From contig RSEE01000007.1 of the NCBI GenBank assembly GCA_003971905.1, forward strand, positions 620,001-684,000: a stretch of 64,000 nucleotides of DNA. Direction: 5' to 3'. Position numbers and translations under genes: made by a program. Below the pieces are notes generated by a model. It saw only the letters and a program-made list of their open reading frames with translations, was not told the DNA's origin and did not search any database. Below are positions 17,320-31,458 of this stretch, one piece after another (within the stretch, counting starts at the first letter, position 1; the number at the start of each line of letters is the position of its first letter). This DNA is from Moniliella sp. 'wahieum' (lineage: Eukaryota).

Positions 17320-20300
17320 ATGGACAGCCTCGACTCCACACCAATTCATCCTCGGTGAGCTTGCCCTCACCCTGGCGGCCCAGGCCGCAGCAGGCCAGCC
17401 TCCGCCCGATGGTCCACGTGCTGTCCTTGCTCCGTCGCAGCAGCCCTCTCCTACCAAGACTTTTTCCCTGGCTTCCGTTCGCTCCGAGATCGGCCTGGGT
17501 GATCTCGCCACGCTCGCAGCTGCCAGTGGAGAGGCCAGCCTGGCGGAGATCCAGCAAGTCTGCTCGACCAGCGCAAGCTCTTGACACCCTCCTTGACATT
17601 GAGATTGAAGAGTCAATGGCGTGGCATGGCTGGGCCCCGGCTGACCAGTTGGCATACTCGCTTGTCACCACCCTCCTCCGCGTCGCACGCCACGTCGAAT
17701 CGGAACGGGTGGCGTCAGTGAAGGCAGTGACTGGGTTTGCGCGCGAGCTGGTGGCCCGCTTGGTTGCCCCGGCAGGGGATGCCCACATCATGGCTACTCG
17801 CCTTGTCCCTTACTTTCACGGCCTGTATCGCGCCATCTCCAGCCTCGCATTCAATTGGGCCGATCACGAGTTTTAGCCATGAGCAAGGCGATGGAGCCGA
17901 TTGGCGCGTCGCCTCAAGTCCTGCGTCGTCGCTGAACGATGCACTGATCGTCTTGCCTGAGCAAGAAGCTGCGATGGAGCAGGCCACCTCACCACCCGCC
18001 GGCAAGCCAAGGCAACAGCCAACCCAGACAGCACATCCTTTGATACCCTCTTGACCGACTCGGATCAAGAGTCGTTGACGCACAGCGAGGAAGGGAGCTG
18101 CAAGACCACGCAGACGACGAAGCCTTCGAGTTTCGCACCTCCTTGCTGGCGTTTATGTGCGCTCCCACCGCCCGTTTTCAGGCCAGTTTGTGCTATGTGC
18201 AGGATTGAGATGCTGACCAGCATTCTCTCTCAAGTTTTGGCTCGCTTTGCCTCTGTCGCCGGTGGGGCGGCATTAAGCCTGACATCAAACCCCTTCACAC
18301 CCACCAGCTCCACACAGAGCTCGAGCACAACGCGACGGCCACAGCGAGCCTGGAGCAGCTGTTATCGTACCCTGTCGCTGCTATCCCGAATGAGGAGCTG
18401 GCCAAAGGCCTCAACGCTACCCTGGCTCTCGCTTCGCATGCATACCACGACACGTACCGTTTTGTCCTGAGTGAGCAATCCAGGGGCAAAACGAGATCTC
18501 CGTGGAGCTGTACTCGCTTGAGATTCTGTCTGAGGCGCTCAAGCTGTCCGCACTCTGCACCGTAGGCCAAGTGCGCTCTGCACCGCTCAGTACGCGGATG
18601 TGGATGGGGATGTCTTTATGCGTGTGCGGTCGCTTCTGTCCTGTCCGAGCAAGCACATCTCTACCAGCCTGTCTCCAATGCTCTGCACTGCAATCAACAG
18701 GGATGCTGGTGATGAACTTTTCCAACCTGGTGATGTCAATGACCAGCCAACTGCGTCGGTTCGTTACTACCCCTCTTGCCATGTTCGAGCCCGAGCCTGG
18801 GCAAGAGGATGAGACGTCCCCACTTCTCATCACGGCCGCCAAAGCGCTAGGGCATGTGTGACCGCCCATGGCAAGGAGGACCTAGTCGTCTCAACAGTAT
18901 ACACTTTGCTCAACTACCTGGGTCGTGACGCGGGGATGGCAACCGCAAACGGAAGTGGCTCGCTTCGCTCTGGCTATTCGCGTACAACAAGCCGAGAAGA
19001 TCGCTTTTCGGGCCGCACCGAAGAGCAAAAGGCATCCATTGTTGCCAACACGGTCGCCGTGGTCAGCCGCCTGGCGCTGGAGGTGGGGAAGATGGACGTG
19101 ATTAGTTGACACTGAGTATGCTCCTCCAGCGCCTCCGTGCTGCTGATGGCTTCTCCGAGGGACTCATTATGGTCAACATCGTCCCCCTTGCCATCGCCGG
19201 GACGCCCACTCGTTTGGGGAAGTGGTTCGCGCATTTGCGCAGGTTCTCCGCAGTTCCATGGCCGGCGGGATTCAGCGGCGCGGCACTGAGCTTGCGCATG
19301 TAGCCGTTTAGCTGGCTCAGGGCCTGCAGAGACGCAACGATACCACCCGCTCTACCGCCACGCCCAACGACGGGGGTGGAGAGGACTTGGATGGCCCGCC
19401 CAAGGAGCAGGACCACTGCTGGCTGCAAGGAACATTATCTCACTGAGTGCTTCAGCTTTTTGCGAGAAGGGCAAGCAGCTCAGGCTGCCAGCAACCATCG
19501 CGCCACATCAGAGGAGCAGCGCGAGCTTCGTCTCGAGGTGGCTCGGCTTTGCCCACCATAGCAGAACTGCTGCGCACCGCGACCTCAATCCGCAGGTGGC
19601 ACTAACAATGAGTTATTTCCCTGTTCCGCAACATGTGGTTCCTGTTGGTCTCTTTACCTGGCCAACCCCACAGTCGCACGGCGCGCAGCAGCTGTAGCGG
19701 CCGAAAAGGGATCAGAGTTGCTCCTCCCTACTGATGCCGGTCGACCCGGACGGGTGCATGCCATTGCCCTGGCGCTTGTGGCCGCTCAAGACGCCCACCC
19801 TTGTCCCGAGACGGCCCACAACTCCGAGACGGAGATTGCAATTCAATTCGGTGCTCAAGCGCAATCTGAGCACTACGACTCTGGATGCGCAACGCCGCTT
19901 GCTCGCCCAACGATCCCATCGCAGAGCGCGGCACCATTCGGTCTTTCAAACTCCCCAGGTCATTCTCCTTGACCATCTACAACATTGAGATCATCCGCAG
20001 TAGCTTGGACGGACGCCGTCGATGCTGTTTGTGGTACTTGTCAACGAGGGCCTCAAACACCTGTCTGTGTGGCTCCATGGACACGATTGCCGACAAGGGA
20101 CACAAGAGTGGCAAATCTGCAACCGCAGATGGCGGACCATAACATTGATCCACGTACCACGGACGAGATACAAAATTTGTTCCTTGGCACGGTCCATCGT
20201 GTTGCCAGGTCCGTCACATGTCGGCCAACGTGTTGGACAAGTTATTTGGCACTTACCCCACCTTGTTGTGCGACGCGCGACTTGTGACGTTGGTACTGGA

Positions 20301-23300
20301 GGTATTGACCCTGTTGCGCCGTGGGTGCGAGGCACAGTACACGGATGAGTATGCGCCTACCTACCGCTTTGTCTCAATCCGCGCCAACGTTGCCTTTGAC
20401 CTGAGCGATGATTACCGCCGCCGGGAAGAGATCCTAGCCGACTTCCTCCACCGAACGCGGGGCTACCTGCAAGCTGTGTTCGGCTTGCCCCCCTTGAGCT
20501 CAAGAGCATTTTAGAGTCGTACCTTTCCGACCACAGGTACCCCTCTGGCGCATACACCGAGTTGGGCAAGAGCGTCGCCGCTGAGCTAGCTCGCTCGGCC
20601 AGCATAAATAACCGGCGAGAAACCATCCTTCCGTCTTTGGGAGGTTGGACCGCCGATTCAACCAGTGGGCTCTTTGCCGACATTATCGCCAAGTCCAACT
20701 ATATGGGCGAGATGACGGGAATCCATTTGGCGCTCACGCGCGACCTGGCTGAACTCAAGGAAACCCCCACCACCGAATTCTCCAATGCGACAATTACCCA
20801 TGTTAAGGCCCAGCTGGCCGTGTGGCCCACGGAAGTGGTTCTCCCTCCCCTCTGTCCGACGTGCGCCGCCTGCTGTACCGTACCGTGCTCTAACAGTCTC
20901 CTTGCCCTATGTACGTTCGTGGTTCTTACATGCGTTTTGGCGAATACTGACCGAAGCCTATACCCTTTTGCTCCCATGCCGCGCCTCTCGATATAGATTG
21001 ACTTTGACCTTCTTCACTATGTGGTTGCCATCCCGGTTCGGATCTTTGACCCTCAAATCCTCTTGACGGCAAGCCATGCTTGGTCCTGGATCATCTCTGC
21101 CCGTCCTGCCACCGAGAGCAAGATCATTACCGAACTCGCTGGCTTGGGGTCGGACCATCGAGCATCGTCAAGGCCTCTTTTCGTCCACGCTCACCTCCAA
21201 GCATCCCTTTATAGAAAAAACCGAGATGAGCGCGTTTGACCGAGCCCGCATCACGGCCGAACAAACGTCGGCGGGCCAATTGTTTGAACCGCATCTTATC
21301 CTCCTTCGTTGCTTACCAGTCGGTACACAAGCGTTCCAGGCGCGAGACCCAGCTCTGGCACGCACCATTGTGCGCTTGTTGGATCAGACGGCGCAGGCGA
21401 CGGAGCGGATGAGCACCCATCCGTTGGCGCGTGAACTGCGGTTCGGCTTGGTGGCGTTCGGCTTGCGTGTGCTGCAAAGCAGCAAGTTGGATTTGTTTCA
21501 AGAGCATCAACTGCGTCTGGGGGTGTATCGGATGGCTTGGGCTTGGTTTGCTGTGCCGGCCCAATGGAGCTTTGGCAGCAATCGGGTGCAAGTCAAGGCG
21601 GAGATGGAGTGTGTTGCAAGAAAGTGTTAAGCTTGATGGGCCGGGATCGTCCTGCGACGGCGGAATCGCTCACTTCCTTCCCGCCCGACCCTGGGTACAT
21701 TCGCTTGGGGGGACACGGCACGGTGGCGCAATCCATCCAGACGGTTGGCGAGCAACGACAGGGATTGGTGCTGTTGCTAGAGAACGAGTTGTACCGGTAC
21801 TCGGTCTGGGCCAACCGATGCACACGGCCGAACGAGGGGCGGACTTGTGGGAGCAGCGACGAGCAAGATGACCGACGGTGCCTGGGTCGCGACGGTCCGG
21901 GTGGCATGGAACGCGTGTCCGCGGTGGTGTGCAGATGGCGCATCGGATCCAGACGACGCCTCTGGTTGCGCAAGAGGCCGGGCGCTTGGTGCGCGCTGAG
22001 CCGTGGCGGGTGGTGGACGTTCCAGAGGCGCTAGCGCTGTTGACGGATAATTACTTGAGTAGTGCCCTGAACGAGGGGACGGACCTGCATTGGTTGTTGT
22101 ACTGGGCCCGTCACGCCTGTGGAGGCGATTGAATTGTTCCAAAGCAAGTATGGCGCCAACCCGTTCTCTTCAGTACGCCATGAACACCCTCAAACACCAC
22201 CCGGTCGACTTGACGTTCTTTTATGTGCCGCAGATTGTGCAAGCGCTCCGATCGGACCGTACGGTACGTGGAGCATTTTATCTTGGAGCAGTCCAAGATC
22301 TCCCAGCTGTTCTGTCACCAGATCATTTGGAACATGCGTGCCAACAGTTACAAAGACGACGAAGCGTCGTTGGTAGAAGATTCGTTGAAGCCAACGTTGG
22401 ACCGGATGGTAACCTCGATCGTAGCCCACTTGTCGGGCGAGGCCAAGCGTTTACGAACGCGAGTTTGCCTTCTTCAACGAAGTGACCTCCATCTCAGGCA
22501 AACTCAAGCCCTTACATCAAAAAGTCCAAAGCCGAAAAGAAGGCCAAGATTGACGAGGAGATGGCCAAGATCAAAGTCGATCGTGGCGTCTATCTTCCCT
22601 CGAATCCAGATGGCGTGGTGGTCGATTTGGCGCGCAAGTCCGGTCGGCCGCTTCAGTCGCACGCCAAGGCTCCCTTTATGGCCACCTTCCAAGTGCGCCG
22701 CGCTGTTCCTCAGCCTGGAGCGGCGTTGGATGCGCAAGGCCAGGTGCCTATGATGGAGGTGGATGTGTGGCAGTCAGCCATCTTTAAGGTAGGTGACGAT
22801 TGTCGGCAAGATGTGTTGGCGTTGCAGATGATTGCCATGTTTAAAAACATCTTTACCACCGCCGGGCTCGACTTGTACCTCAACCCCTACCGTGTCACTG
22901 CCACCGGCCCTGGCACGGGGGTGATTGATGTGGTACCCAATTCGACTTCGCGGGACGAAATGGGTCGGGCACAGGTCAACGATCTGTATGCTTGGTTCCT
23001 CTCGAAGTTTGGCAACCCAGACAGCATTGCGTTCCAAAAGGCGCGTATCAACTTTGTCCAGTCCATGGCTGGGTACAGCCTGGTTTCATATATTGCCCAA
23101 GTGCGTGATCGGCACAATGGCAACATCATGATTGATGGCGAAGGCCACCTGGTTCACATTGACTTTGGCTTCCTCTTTGATATTGGGTACGTTCATTCTT
23201 TTGCATTTCATTGGAGACTGTTGTTGAATTGCTTGCGTATCCGACGAGAGCGAGACAAACGTCGGAGGACTGACGGTGGAATGCGTATGTGTGTGGGCAG

Positions 23301-23660
23301 GCCGGGGGGGATGCGGTTTGAACCAGACAGCTTCAAGTTGACATCGGAGATGATTGATGTGATGGGTGGGGGGAAGAGTCAAGGTTCAAGCTGTACTGCG
23401 AGCTAGTCGTCAAGGGCTTCCTCGCCATTCGCGAGCACGCCGACGGAATGATTTCCCTGTGTCACCTGATGCCAACCGAGCTGCCTTCGTTCAAGGGCGA
23501 AGCAACCATCGCTCGACTGCGCGATCGGTTCAAGTTGGACCTGAGCCAACGGGACGCGGCCAAGTACGCCGAGAGCTTGATCCACAATGCGTACAAAAAA
23601 CAACCGTTCGCCTACGATGGCTTGCAATATGTCCAAAATGGCATTCCGAGCCGGGCCTGA
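17320..23660 (+). CDS. STT4: Phosphatidylinositol 4-kinase type III alpha (Stt4)
   Basis: VYLPSNPDG, SGRPLQSHAKAPFMATF, AIFKVGDDCRQDVLALQ, DRHNGNIM, HIDFGF, FFYVPQIVQALR and C-terminal QNGIP. The N-terminal half is heavily frameshifted. Confidence 0.9.
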
Positions 23661-24792
23661 GCCTCTTTTGGGGGTCATTGGCACAACTCTAGCCCTTTCC
23701 CAGTGCAGGCCACCACCCTTTGGTTTCGAACCATGTCCAGTTCTTCTCCTCCCTCAGACCCAATCCTGCCCCTGTCAAGATCCCCCACGCATACACCTTT
23801 TTTCGCTATGCACTTTTCTTCCACCAAGTCTTTTCTCAGTCTTTCTGTGTATCCTCACCCTCACTTCCCCCGGGGTGAGAGGGGATAGAACATCGGCAGT
23901 CATCCCACGCAGCGCCATTACATGATTTTCTCCCCCTCGCTTCTCGTCACAGGTCGCACGTCAATTAGACTGCCGCATGTAGGAAAGCAGATGCTATCAA
24001 TGGCCTCCTGCATGATGCATGTTTGAGTGGGATGGAGTATTAGAGCTGAACTTGGCAGACGGTGGCCCAAAGAATCAATGGAAGAGGAAATGAAGGATGA
24101 TGTCGATAATGACCCTGGCCTTTATAGCGCGCCACGAGCGTCCAAAAAGTCCCTCCACTACTGATCTTCTTCTCAGTCTGGGGCCAATCCAGCTCTGGTC
24201 ACTTCTTTCTCTACCACGGCGGAACTCCACGTAGCTTAATTACCGCGGGGTAACCGAACGAACCGCGGAAGCGTTGTTGACCCTCGCACACCTTGGTCAA
24301 TTGGCCGACTATTAGCGAGTTACGCCACAATCTACGGAATACTTCCTCTTGCGGACCAGGATTGCCTCCTCCTCTTATCCACCTCAGACGACCATAGCAT
24401 ACCAATTCAATTCGAACCATCAGCCTAGCCTAGGTCCTCCACCGCTCTGCGCCGAACGGACGGCGCACGGGGTAGTGGCAGAGGTGCAAGCGAGTGACAG
24501 AGTAGGACAAAGTTGTACAAAACGGGGGGGAGGTGCATGGGAGAGGAACAAGAAGCAAGGGGGAGGGGGGCGGAGTACGAGAGAGAGGGAGAGAGAACTG
24601 AGAGAGAGAAGTGTACAAGGTTCAGGTGGGCAGGCTGGGCAGCAGGAGAAGAGCAAGTGTGCGCTCTCGGTGTTGGCCCACCAGGAAAGAAAGGGACGAC
24701 AAGAGCAAAATAGATCGTGCGACAGAGAGCGAGCCTCCTTAAAGGGGGTTGCGAGAGTGGTGGTGGTGGGGGGGAGCGGGATCGCATAGATA

Positions 24793-26817
24793 TTAGATTT
24801 TTGATCCAAGCGGCCGGGCATGGACCAACTTGGTGCTCCGCCGCGATGGGGTCGAAGCACCCGATTCAATCGAAATCGAGGGGCTCTGCTACCCGTCGAG
24901 GCGTAATGGGCGTCGCGCATCGGACCACATGCGTTGGGCATGGTAGCAAGGTACGCCTTGGCACCCAAGGACGTGTTGAGTGGCGCAATGCCCATTGGGC
25001 AATCCATTCAACGAGTACTTGCATCTGGTTCAAGTCGCCACCCGCCTGGCGTCCTTGCCATTGCGGCACGGTCGAATTTTCCGTGCGCCAACTCCAAAGA
25101 ACCAGCCGGCTTGCCATCCGTAGGTAGCAGCTTGGTTGATAAAGTACGCTTTGCTCCACGTCATGTCGGTCAGCCGCTGGCCAAGGACCATTCCGTCTTG
25201 GCTGTGGGCACGGGGAAGCTAAGGTACGGGTCAATGTTGTTGCCACGCGGTTGTTGATCAAGGTCTGGTTGGTTTGGGCTGGAAGTTGCCCGGGTAGGGA
25301 TTGTCGTTGAGCACGAGCAACGACGCATTCTTGCCCGTGGCAAACGGCGCCCAAAATTGAGTCGGGTTGCTGACAAAGGCATGGTGGAAGTACATGGGCA
25401 GCTCGACCGCGGCAGCAGGGGTACACTTGCTCGTAAAATTGTTGTGTGATTTGCACCCGTTAGGCGTACCAAACTTGACCCCAATCGGTTCGTTGACCGG
25501 CGACACACCCGTCACGACCGACTTGTACTGGTTGGTGTGATCCACGAGATGAGGTTCTTGACGGTGGTCAGGCCACGCGCTTGGTTGGTCGAGTTGAACC
25601 AGTCGGGGGGACCGACATGTCCACTGCTCTGATCGCCCGACTGTAGAAGCGCGAGAGACGGACACGGGGCGCAGTCAGTACATCATGTGCCCTGGGAAAG
25701 GAGCGGTCCCGATCCAATCTACACCTGGAGGGAGAGAAGGCGGAGACAAAGGGCAAAGAAGAGAGGGGGGGGAGGGTACGTACCTGAGAGCCGGGCATCG
25801 CGTGCAGGTCAATCAAGGCGCGCATGCCGCGCTTGTAGAGCCAGCCAAGAATGTTGTTGAGGTGGATGAGCTGGGTCGAGTTGACGTACGGCTCATCGCC
25901 TTCGGTCGGGATCAAGGTCCAAAATCCAATGGGGATACGGAGGTGGTTGACGCCATGGGCCTGCATCAGGTCCAAGTCGCTCTCGACCAGCCAAGTGGAC
26001 CAATGCTGATCCAGCACCTCCTTGGCCTTGTCGGGGCCCAGCGCCTGGACAAATGTCCACTCGTCATGGGCGTTGGGCGCATAGGACACAAACCAATCCT
26101 CATTCATCCACCGTTCCAGGACAAAGTACCCACCCAACGACACGCCAACAATCTTGTTCTTGGGGTCGCTCGCATCCCAAAACGGAAGCGGCTCTACCGC
26201 CACTGGAAGATCGGGGGCGGCCTGGGGCTCCAGTTGCCAAAGCGAGCCTTGACGGCGGCCTGGTTGGGCAGGATCTCCCCCAGTGTAATGCCCAGGACCA
26301 TGGCGATGCAAAACAGAAAGAGGAGGACGAGGGAAGTGAGGCTTTTGGGATGACTTTTGAGATAGCCAATCGGGTCATTGTCAAACGTAACGGGGCCGGC
26401 GGCTCCAGACGGATCCTTTTCATTATAGTAGCCATAATCGTAGCCGCGGTCTACAAAGACGCCGTTGCCGTCTGAACAGCAACCTCGGGTTCGGGGGCGG
26501 GATGGTGCGCGGGCTGAAGTTCGGGCTCGGGGTCAAGAGCGACATCGTTGAGGGGAACAGTGTAGGAGGTGCTGGCGTACATCTGCTGCGGCCCGTAGAG
26601 GGAGGCGGCCGAGTAGGGGCCCTGGTCAAACTGGAGCGAAGAGGGTTAGCTATACTAGGCGGCAGGGCAGGCAACAGGGGATGGGCAGGCGGGGGACGCA
26701 CATCGTGGTAGGCAGTGGGAGGCGTGTCGGCAGCATACTGGCCGGGCAGGATCTGAGGCGGAGGGGGTAGCTGTCGGGGAGGGCAGCGCCAGCGTGCCAG
26801 ACGGGTTGCTGCTGCAT
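24793..26817 (-). CDS. GH5 exo-beta-1,3-glucanase-like protein with N-terminal cytoplasmic region and TM anchor
   Basis: GVSLGGYFVLERWM, NHLRIPIGFW, LIDLHAMPGSQ, acid/base VNEP, nucleophile TEWSLA and GWFFWSW; intron near 25645-25782; 3' end approximate. Confidence 0.82.
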
Positions 26818-27315
26818 GGCGAGGGGAGGGGGAGGGGGGGCGAGGAGGAGGAGGGAGAGGTGGTGGGAAGAGGAGGGGATGGGGCAGAAAAAGTATCTTG
26901 CCTGTCGAGTGGTAGCAGCTGTCGCTCGCTCGGCTGGGCCGGGCGGGACTGGGTGAGTGCGTGTGCACACGCCTGGTCCTGCTCTGCAATATACGCCCGA
27001 GGGAGCCAAACGACGCACCAACGCCATGGCCCGCACGGGGGCAGTGGGCCTGGCGGCGATTCCCCTGCCGCAGAGAGGCGGTGGGTGGGCAGGGTGCAGA
27101 GTGGCGCGGTGCGGTGCGGTGGGACGGGGCGGCAGCGGCAGCGAGTGCCGTGCCGTGCGCCCGGCTGCACCTTCCACCTGCGGCAGGCGGGGTGCAGCAG
27201 GGTGCAGTGCCTGTTTGTGCCGCCGGCTCTGCTGCCTGCCGCACGCGAGCGCACGCCTGGCACGCCGGCCGCTGCAGGGGGCGAGCTAGTGCGGGCACCC
27301 CGTGCATGCTCGGGC

Positions 27316-28646
27316 ATCGATCATGCATCCGATCATGCCGCTGGCTGCTGGCCCTCGTGTGGGATGGGTGCTTTCCCGATCCCTTTCAGATCTCAGTCGC
27401 TCAGCAGTCACTCTAGTCACTCCTAGTAGTCAGTACTCAGTACTCCCCGTAACCCAGTATCCAGCCGTGTCGAATGGGCATCGGTCACCGACATCTGCCC
27501 TCTGCCACCCCGTCTACGCGAGAGTGGCAGTGGTCCCATGTCACACGCGAGCGCATCGCAATGGCGCCCGCTGTGGCCGCTTGCCTCCCCAGGCGATCCC
27601 CCATTCGCAATCGGGGCTGAGGCACTGGGGCTCAGTCTGGCGCAGCGCTCAGCCGCTCAGCCGCTCACGTCCCGCTCCTCCTCCCCGAACGAGGGGGCCA
27701 GGAGCAGGGCCACAGTGTGATCCGCTGCTGCGCCATTGCAAACACATGTGGATGGCGGGGGGAATCCCCTCGTCGTCCTTCCCTCGGCCCGCCACCCCCC
27801 CCACACGGCTCATGTGGGTTTGAAAGCGCACCTGCGCCCTGGGGCCGGGCAGGCCTGGCTAAACGCTGAGCCAACGCTGAGCCTCAGCACTGACGTAGTA
27901 AGCACTACTGGTCTGCTGTGCTCCACCGACTCGTACGGACTCCGAGCGACCCCCTTCAAATTCTGACGCACACGCTTGCTATATTATCCGTCCCGGCGCT
28001 GTTGTGCCGACGGGGTCTGAGGCCCTGAGATCCTGAGATCTGAAATCAACGGGCCCTGGGCACTGTACACACCGAGTCCATCTGAGTACCTGAGTACACA
28101 CGCTACAACCGCCGCTCCCCTCTCCAACCGCGCTCTCTCTTGTGCTGCTCTCAGCTCGCTGTGGCTGGCTGAACGGGGGTATTACGCGTTACGCTGGAGA
28201 GGGCACTCACCATCACACACCCTTTTCATATCCATGCACCATGCATCACCCAAACGTCACGCATCTAAGTTTTTCCCTATCGTCTATCGTCCCTGTCACA
28301 TCCACATCACGCACATCACAGGTCCCAGCACCAAACTTTTTACACAGCCAAGCACCATCAGCGCACCAGTATACCCAGTGCATCAGCACCATCCCATCGG
28401 AGCAGGAAGGCGCATGAGCACGAGATCGGAGCAAGCGAAGCATGGCGATGGGCGATGACGTTGAACGTTGACGTTGACATGCATTGAAATTCAACCAGCC
28501 CCAGATCCCACAGGCGCCCCGGCTCCAGCATCCCATCGAGTCTGAGATCTGCCATTTCATCTGAAATCCGGCCAGAGTGTGAGATGCGGGTCGTGTAGAT
28601 CGAAGTCAATCCTAAAGCAATCAAGCTCAAGCTTCAAGCTTCAAGC
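27316..28646. repeat. Cluster of palindromic heptamer arrays in the GH5-NMT1 intergenic region
   Basis: ATCGAT-C-ATGCAT (27316), tcAGATCTcag (27386), (AGTACT-C)x2 (27432-27444), ttACGCGTtacg (28182), AACGTT-G (28464), (AAGCTT-C)x2 (28629-28641). Confidence 0.8.
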
Positions 28647-28710
28647 GCCCAGTCGTTGATCTTTCCCGTCACCGACATCGGCCATGCCTCCTTGGCCCAC
28701 GTGTCCGCGT

Positions 28711-31002
28711 TCACACCATTGTCACACCATTCCCACTCCCCCACTCGTCCGGGCGCGTGCGGGCCCGCAGCGCACGCCCGAGGCTGTCTCTCGTCACGCC
28801 CGCCGGCAGGGTCTGGCCGTCGGCCAAGGCCTTCATCGATGCCTTAATGTAGTCCACCATCGGGTCCGCTTCGGGCTCGCGCGGCCGGTTGCCCATCCCC
28901 CCCGCGACGGGACGCACGTTCCAGTTGAACAGGTAGAAGCGCAAGAAGCCACTGCCCGGACCAAACTTTTGCTCGGTCAGGAACATGGGGTTGTCCATCA
29001 CCGTCAAGCAGTTCATCACATCGAACCCGGCCTGCACAGCGCCGCAAAACACACCCACAAACACACACATAAAACCTGGTCAGCGAACCCTTCTTATCCA
29101 CGGCATCCTCCCTCCCCCGCTACCCCCACCTGAGCCAGACTTACATTCTTGGCTACAATCGATACGTCCTGCACCAACTCGTTCAGTCGCGCTCGAATCT
29201 TCTTCTTGGATTCGGGCGACTCAAAGTCCCACTTGAGCACCCCCTCTTCGTCCTCCGCTTCAGTGGCGGACAAGGTGGTGGTGTTGGACAGCTGGTACGG
29301 TTCGGCGTCCTCGGGCACGGGCTTTACCTCGGGTGCAGTGGCATACGCCCAGGACGGCGGCGCTGCTGCGTTCCTGCCGACGCGGAGGTGGAAGCCGAGG
29401 CGAGGCCGACGCACCGGCGGCGGCATGGTCGTCAAACGCCACGTCCGTTGCATAGTAGAACAGGTAGGCAGCGTTCACAGCATCGTACTTGTCATTGTCC
29501 AGGATGGAGGACGGCAAGGAATAGAAACTGATCACGTCGGTAATCTTGCCCTGTTGTTCCACCACATAGGTCCAGGTGACTTGCTGGTGGCGGTGTCCGT
29601 TCCCGGCACCGTTCTTGCCATCGTTCTCACCCTCCCGTCCACGGCCCGAGAAGAGTAGGTGAGCCACCTCCTCGTCCCCAAAGCGCGGGGCCATGTCAAA
29701 TTTGCGCAGGTACCGGCGCAGCAGCTTGGCCACCTGACCAATATCTTTTTCTTCCATCTCGCGCCAGCCCGGAGTCGAGGTGATGGTGGGCAGGTCATAC
29801 CGCTTCACATACTGGTCGCGCGCCATGCCCTCGGGCACAGCGGCAAACCCAATGTCCAACAGTTTTTCCACCTGCAACGAGCGGTGGTAGTACCGTGCAC
29901 ATGACATGGGCGTCGGGATCACAATTCCGCCCGTGTAGATGGCTTGGAACACGCCCGTCAAGTGACATTGGCGCGTCACTTCTTTGATCAGCACGGGCGC
30001 CAAGCGCTTGGCGCGCAACTTTTTGTGCACGCACAAAAGTTGATCTCGGTCGAGCGGTACGAGACGTTGCGCACCCGGATCTCATGCGGGATACCCGCAA
30101 TGAACCCGACCAACTTGCCCGTCGACTTGACCCGCACACCCACGTGCCACGACTTGTGATAACCAGGATGCTTGAGCGCCCTGGCATGCGGCGCGCGCCA
30201 AATAGTTTACTAGGTCAGTCACATTTCCTGTTTCCCAGGGTGCCTACTCCTCCTTTGTAACGGCCAGGAACAAGGGAGAACAACGTACCAATGGAGAAAC
30301 TCGGGACTGTAGCGGAAGCGCAAACTCTCTTCTTCGTCCTCGGCATAGTTGCCATACAAGAGTTCATGCAGTTCCGCCAAGTCTTGCGAGTCATCAATGT
30401 CGACCTGCACCCATTCAAAGTCCGGTGGGAGGGGCAAGGGGGGGTGGAGATCTCCGACGCTGGCTGAGCCGGCTGGATCGGACCTTCTTCCTGGACAGCC
30501 AACGACTTGGCCACCGGCTGGGTCTTCCAAAACTTGTGTTCTTCAATCGCCTTGATCAGTTCCTCTTGCGACGACCCGGACGCCTGCTTGGCATCCAGAC
30601 GCGCCAACAACCCAGCCGCATTCTCCCGCGTCACTTGGGATGCCATGGCCGGGCCAAACCGAGCTGCAATCTGCGCCCGCACCAAGTCCAACACCGCATC
30701 CGTCCTCGCGCCCCCGGCCGAAGGCGCAGCACCAGCACCCGAAGCAGCACACCCGAACCCGACCCGCCTGCTTCGACAACAGCAGACTCGACATTCGCAC
30801 CGGCACCATCGGCCGCGGCTGCCTCGCGTTTCTTGGCCTTGGCACGTTCGCGCTTCTTCTTGTTCTTCTTGCTGGCCGCCGACGGGGCCGCGTCACCGGC
30901 CGCATCGGCATCGACGCCGGCATCGGCCGCGGCGGAAGCAGGGCGCGTGTCCGGGTCCGAGGCGCTGGGGAGGTGGGTAGGGTCGACAGGGGGGGTGCTC
31001 AT
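28711..31002 (-). CDS. NMT1: Glycylpeptide N-myristoyltransferase
   Basis: [90 protein letters not shown]-terminus GSGNGVTMV*. Confidence 0.93.
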
Positions 31003-31176
31003 GGGGCGGAAGGATGGTGGGAGCCGAGTGCGGAGTAGCGCGCGCCGAGCCGCAAGCCGCTCTGTTCCCGGCCGAGCGGCCCCGGATCATCGATCATCTT
31101 CCGGCGCTTGCTGAGGTAAGCACGATGGGGCGGCTGTGCCACGTCATATGTTCCACTGCACTCACTCTGGAGCCGC

Positions 31177-31458
31177 CTAGTCACTAGTCACTAGTCACTC
31201 GATGATGGGGCGACTCTTCCCACGACATCCGGTGCACAGTGGGCATGAATTGGTGGGCGTCGGGCAAACGTTCCGACTATAGGGGGGCGGGGGGGAGGAG
31301 AGAAAAGAGGGGAGAGAAAAGGAAAGTCAAACGAGGAGAGAAGAGGCGAGGCCAAGTCGGGCAAAGGAAAAAAAAGAATGGTGACACGTGCGAGATGACG
31401 ATGATCGATGATCTGTCGATGATCGACCATAAAGCTATCGCTTTTGAAGCTTGAAGCT
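31177..31458. repeat. Palindromic heptamer arrays between NMT1 and KRE6
   Basis: ctagtcactagtcactagtcact (31177-31199), gatgatcgatgatc (31400), tgaagcttgaagct (31445). Confidence 0.85.
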
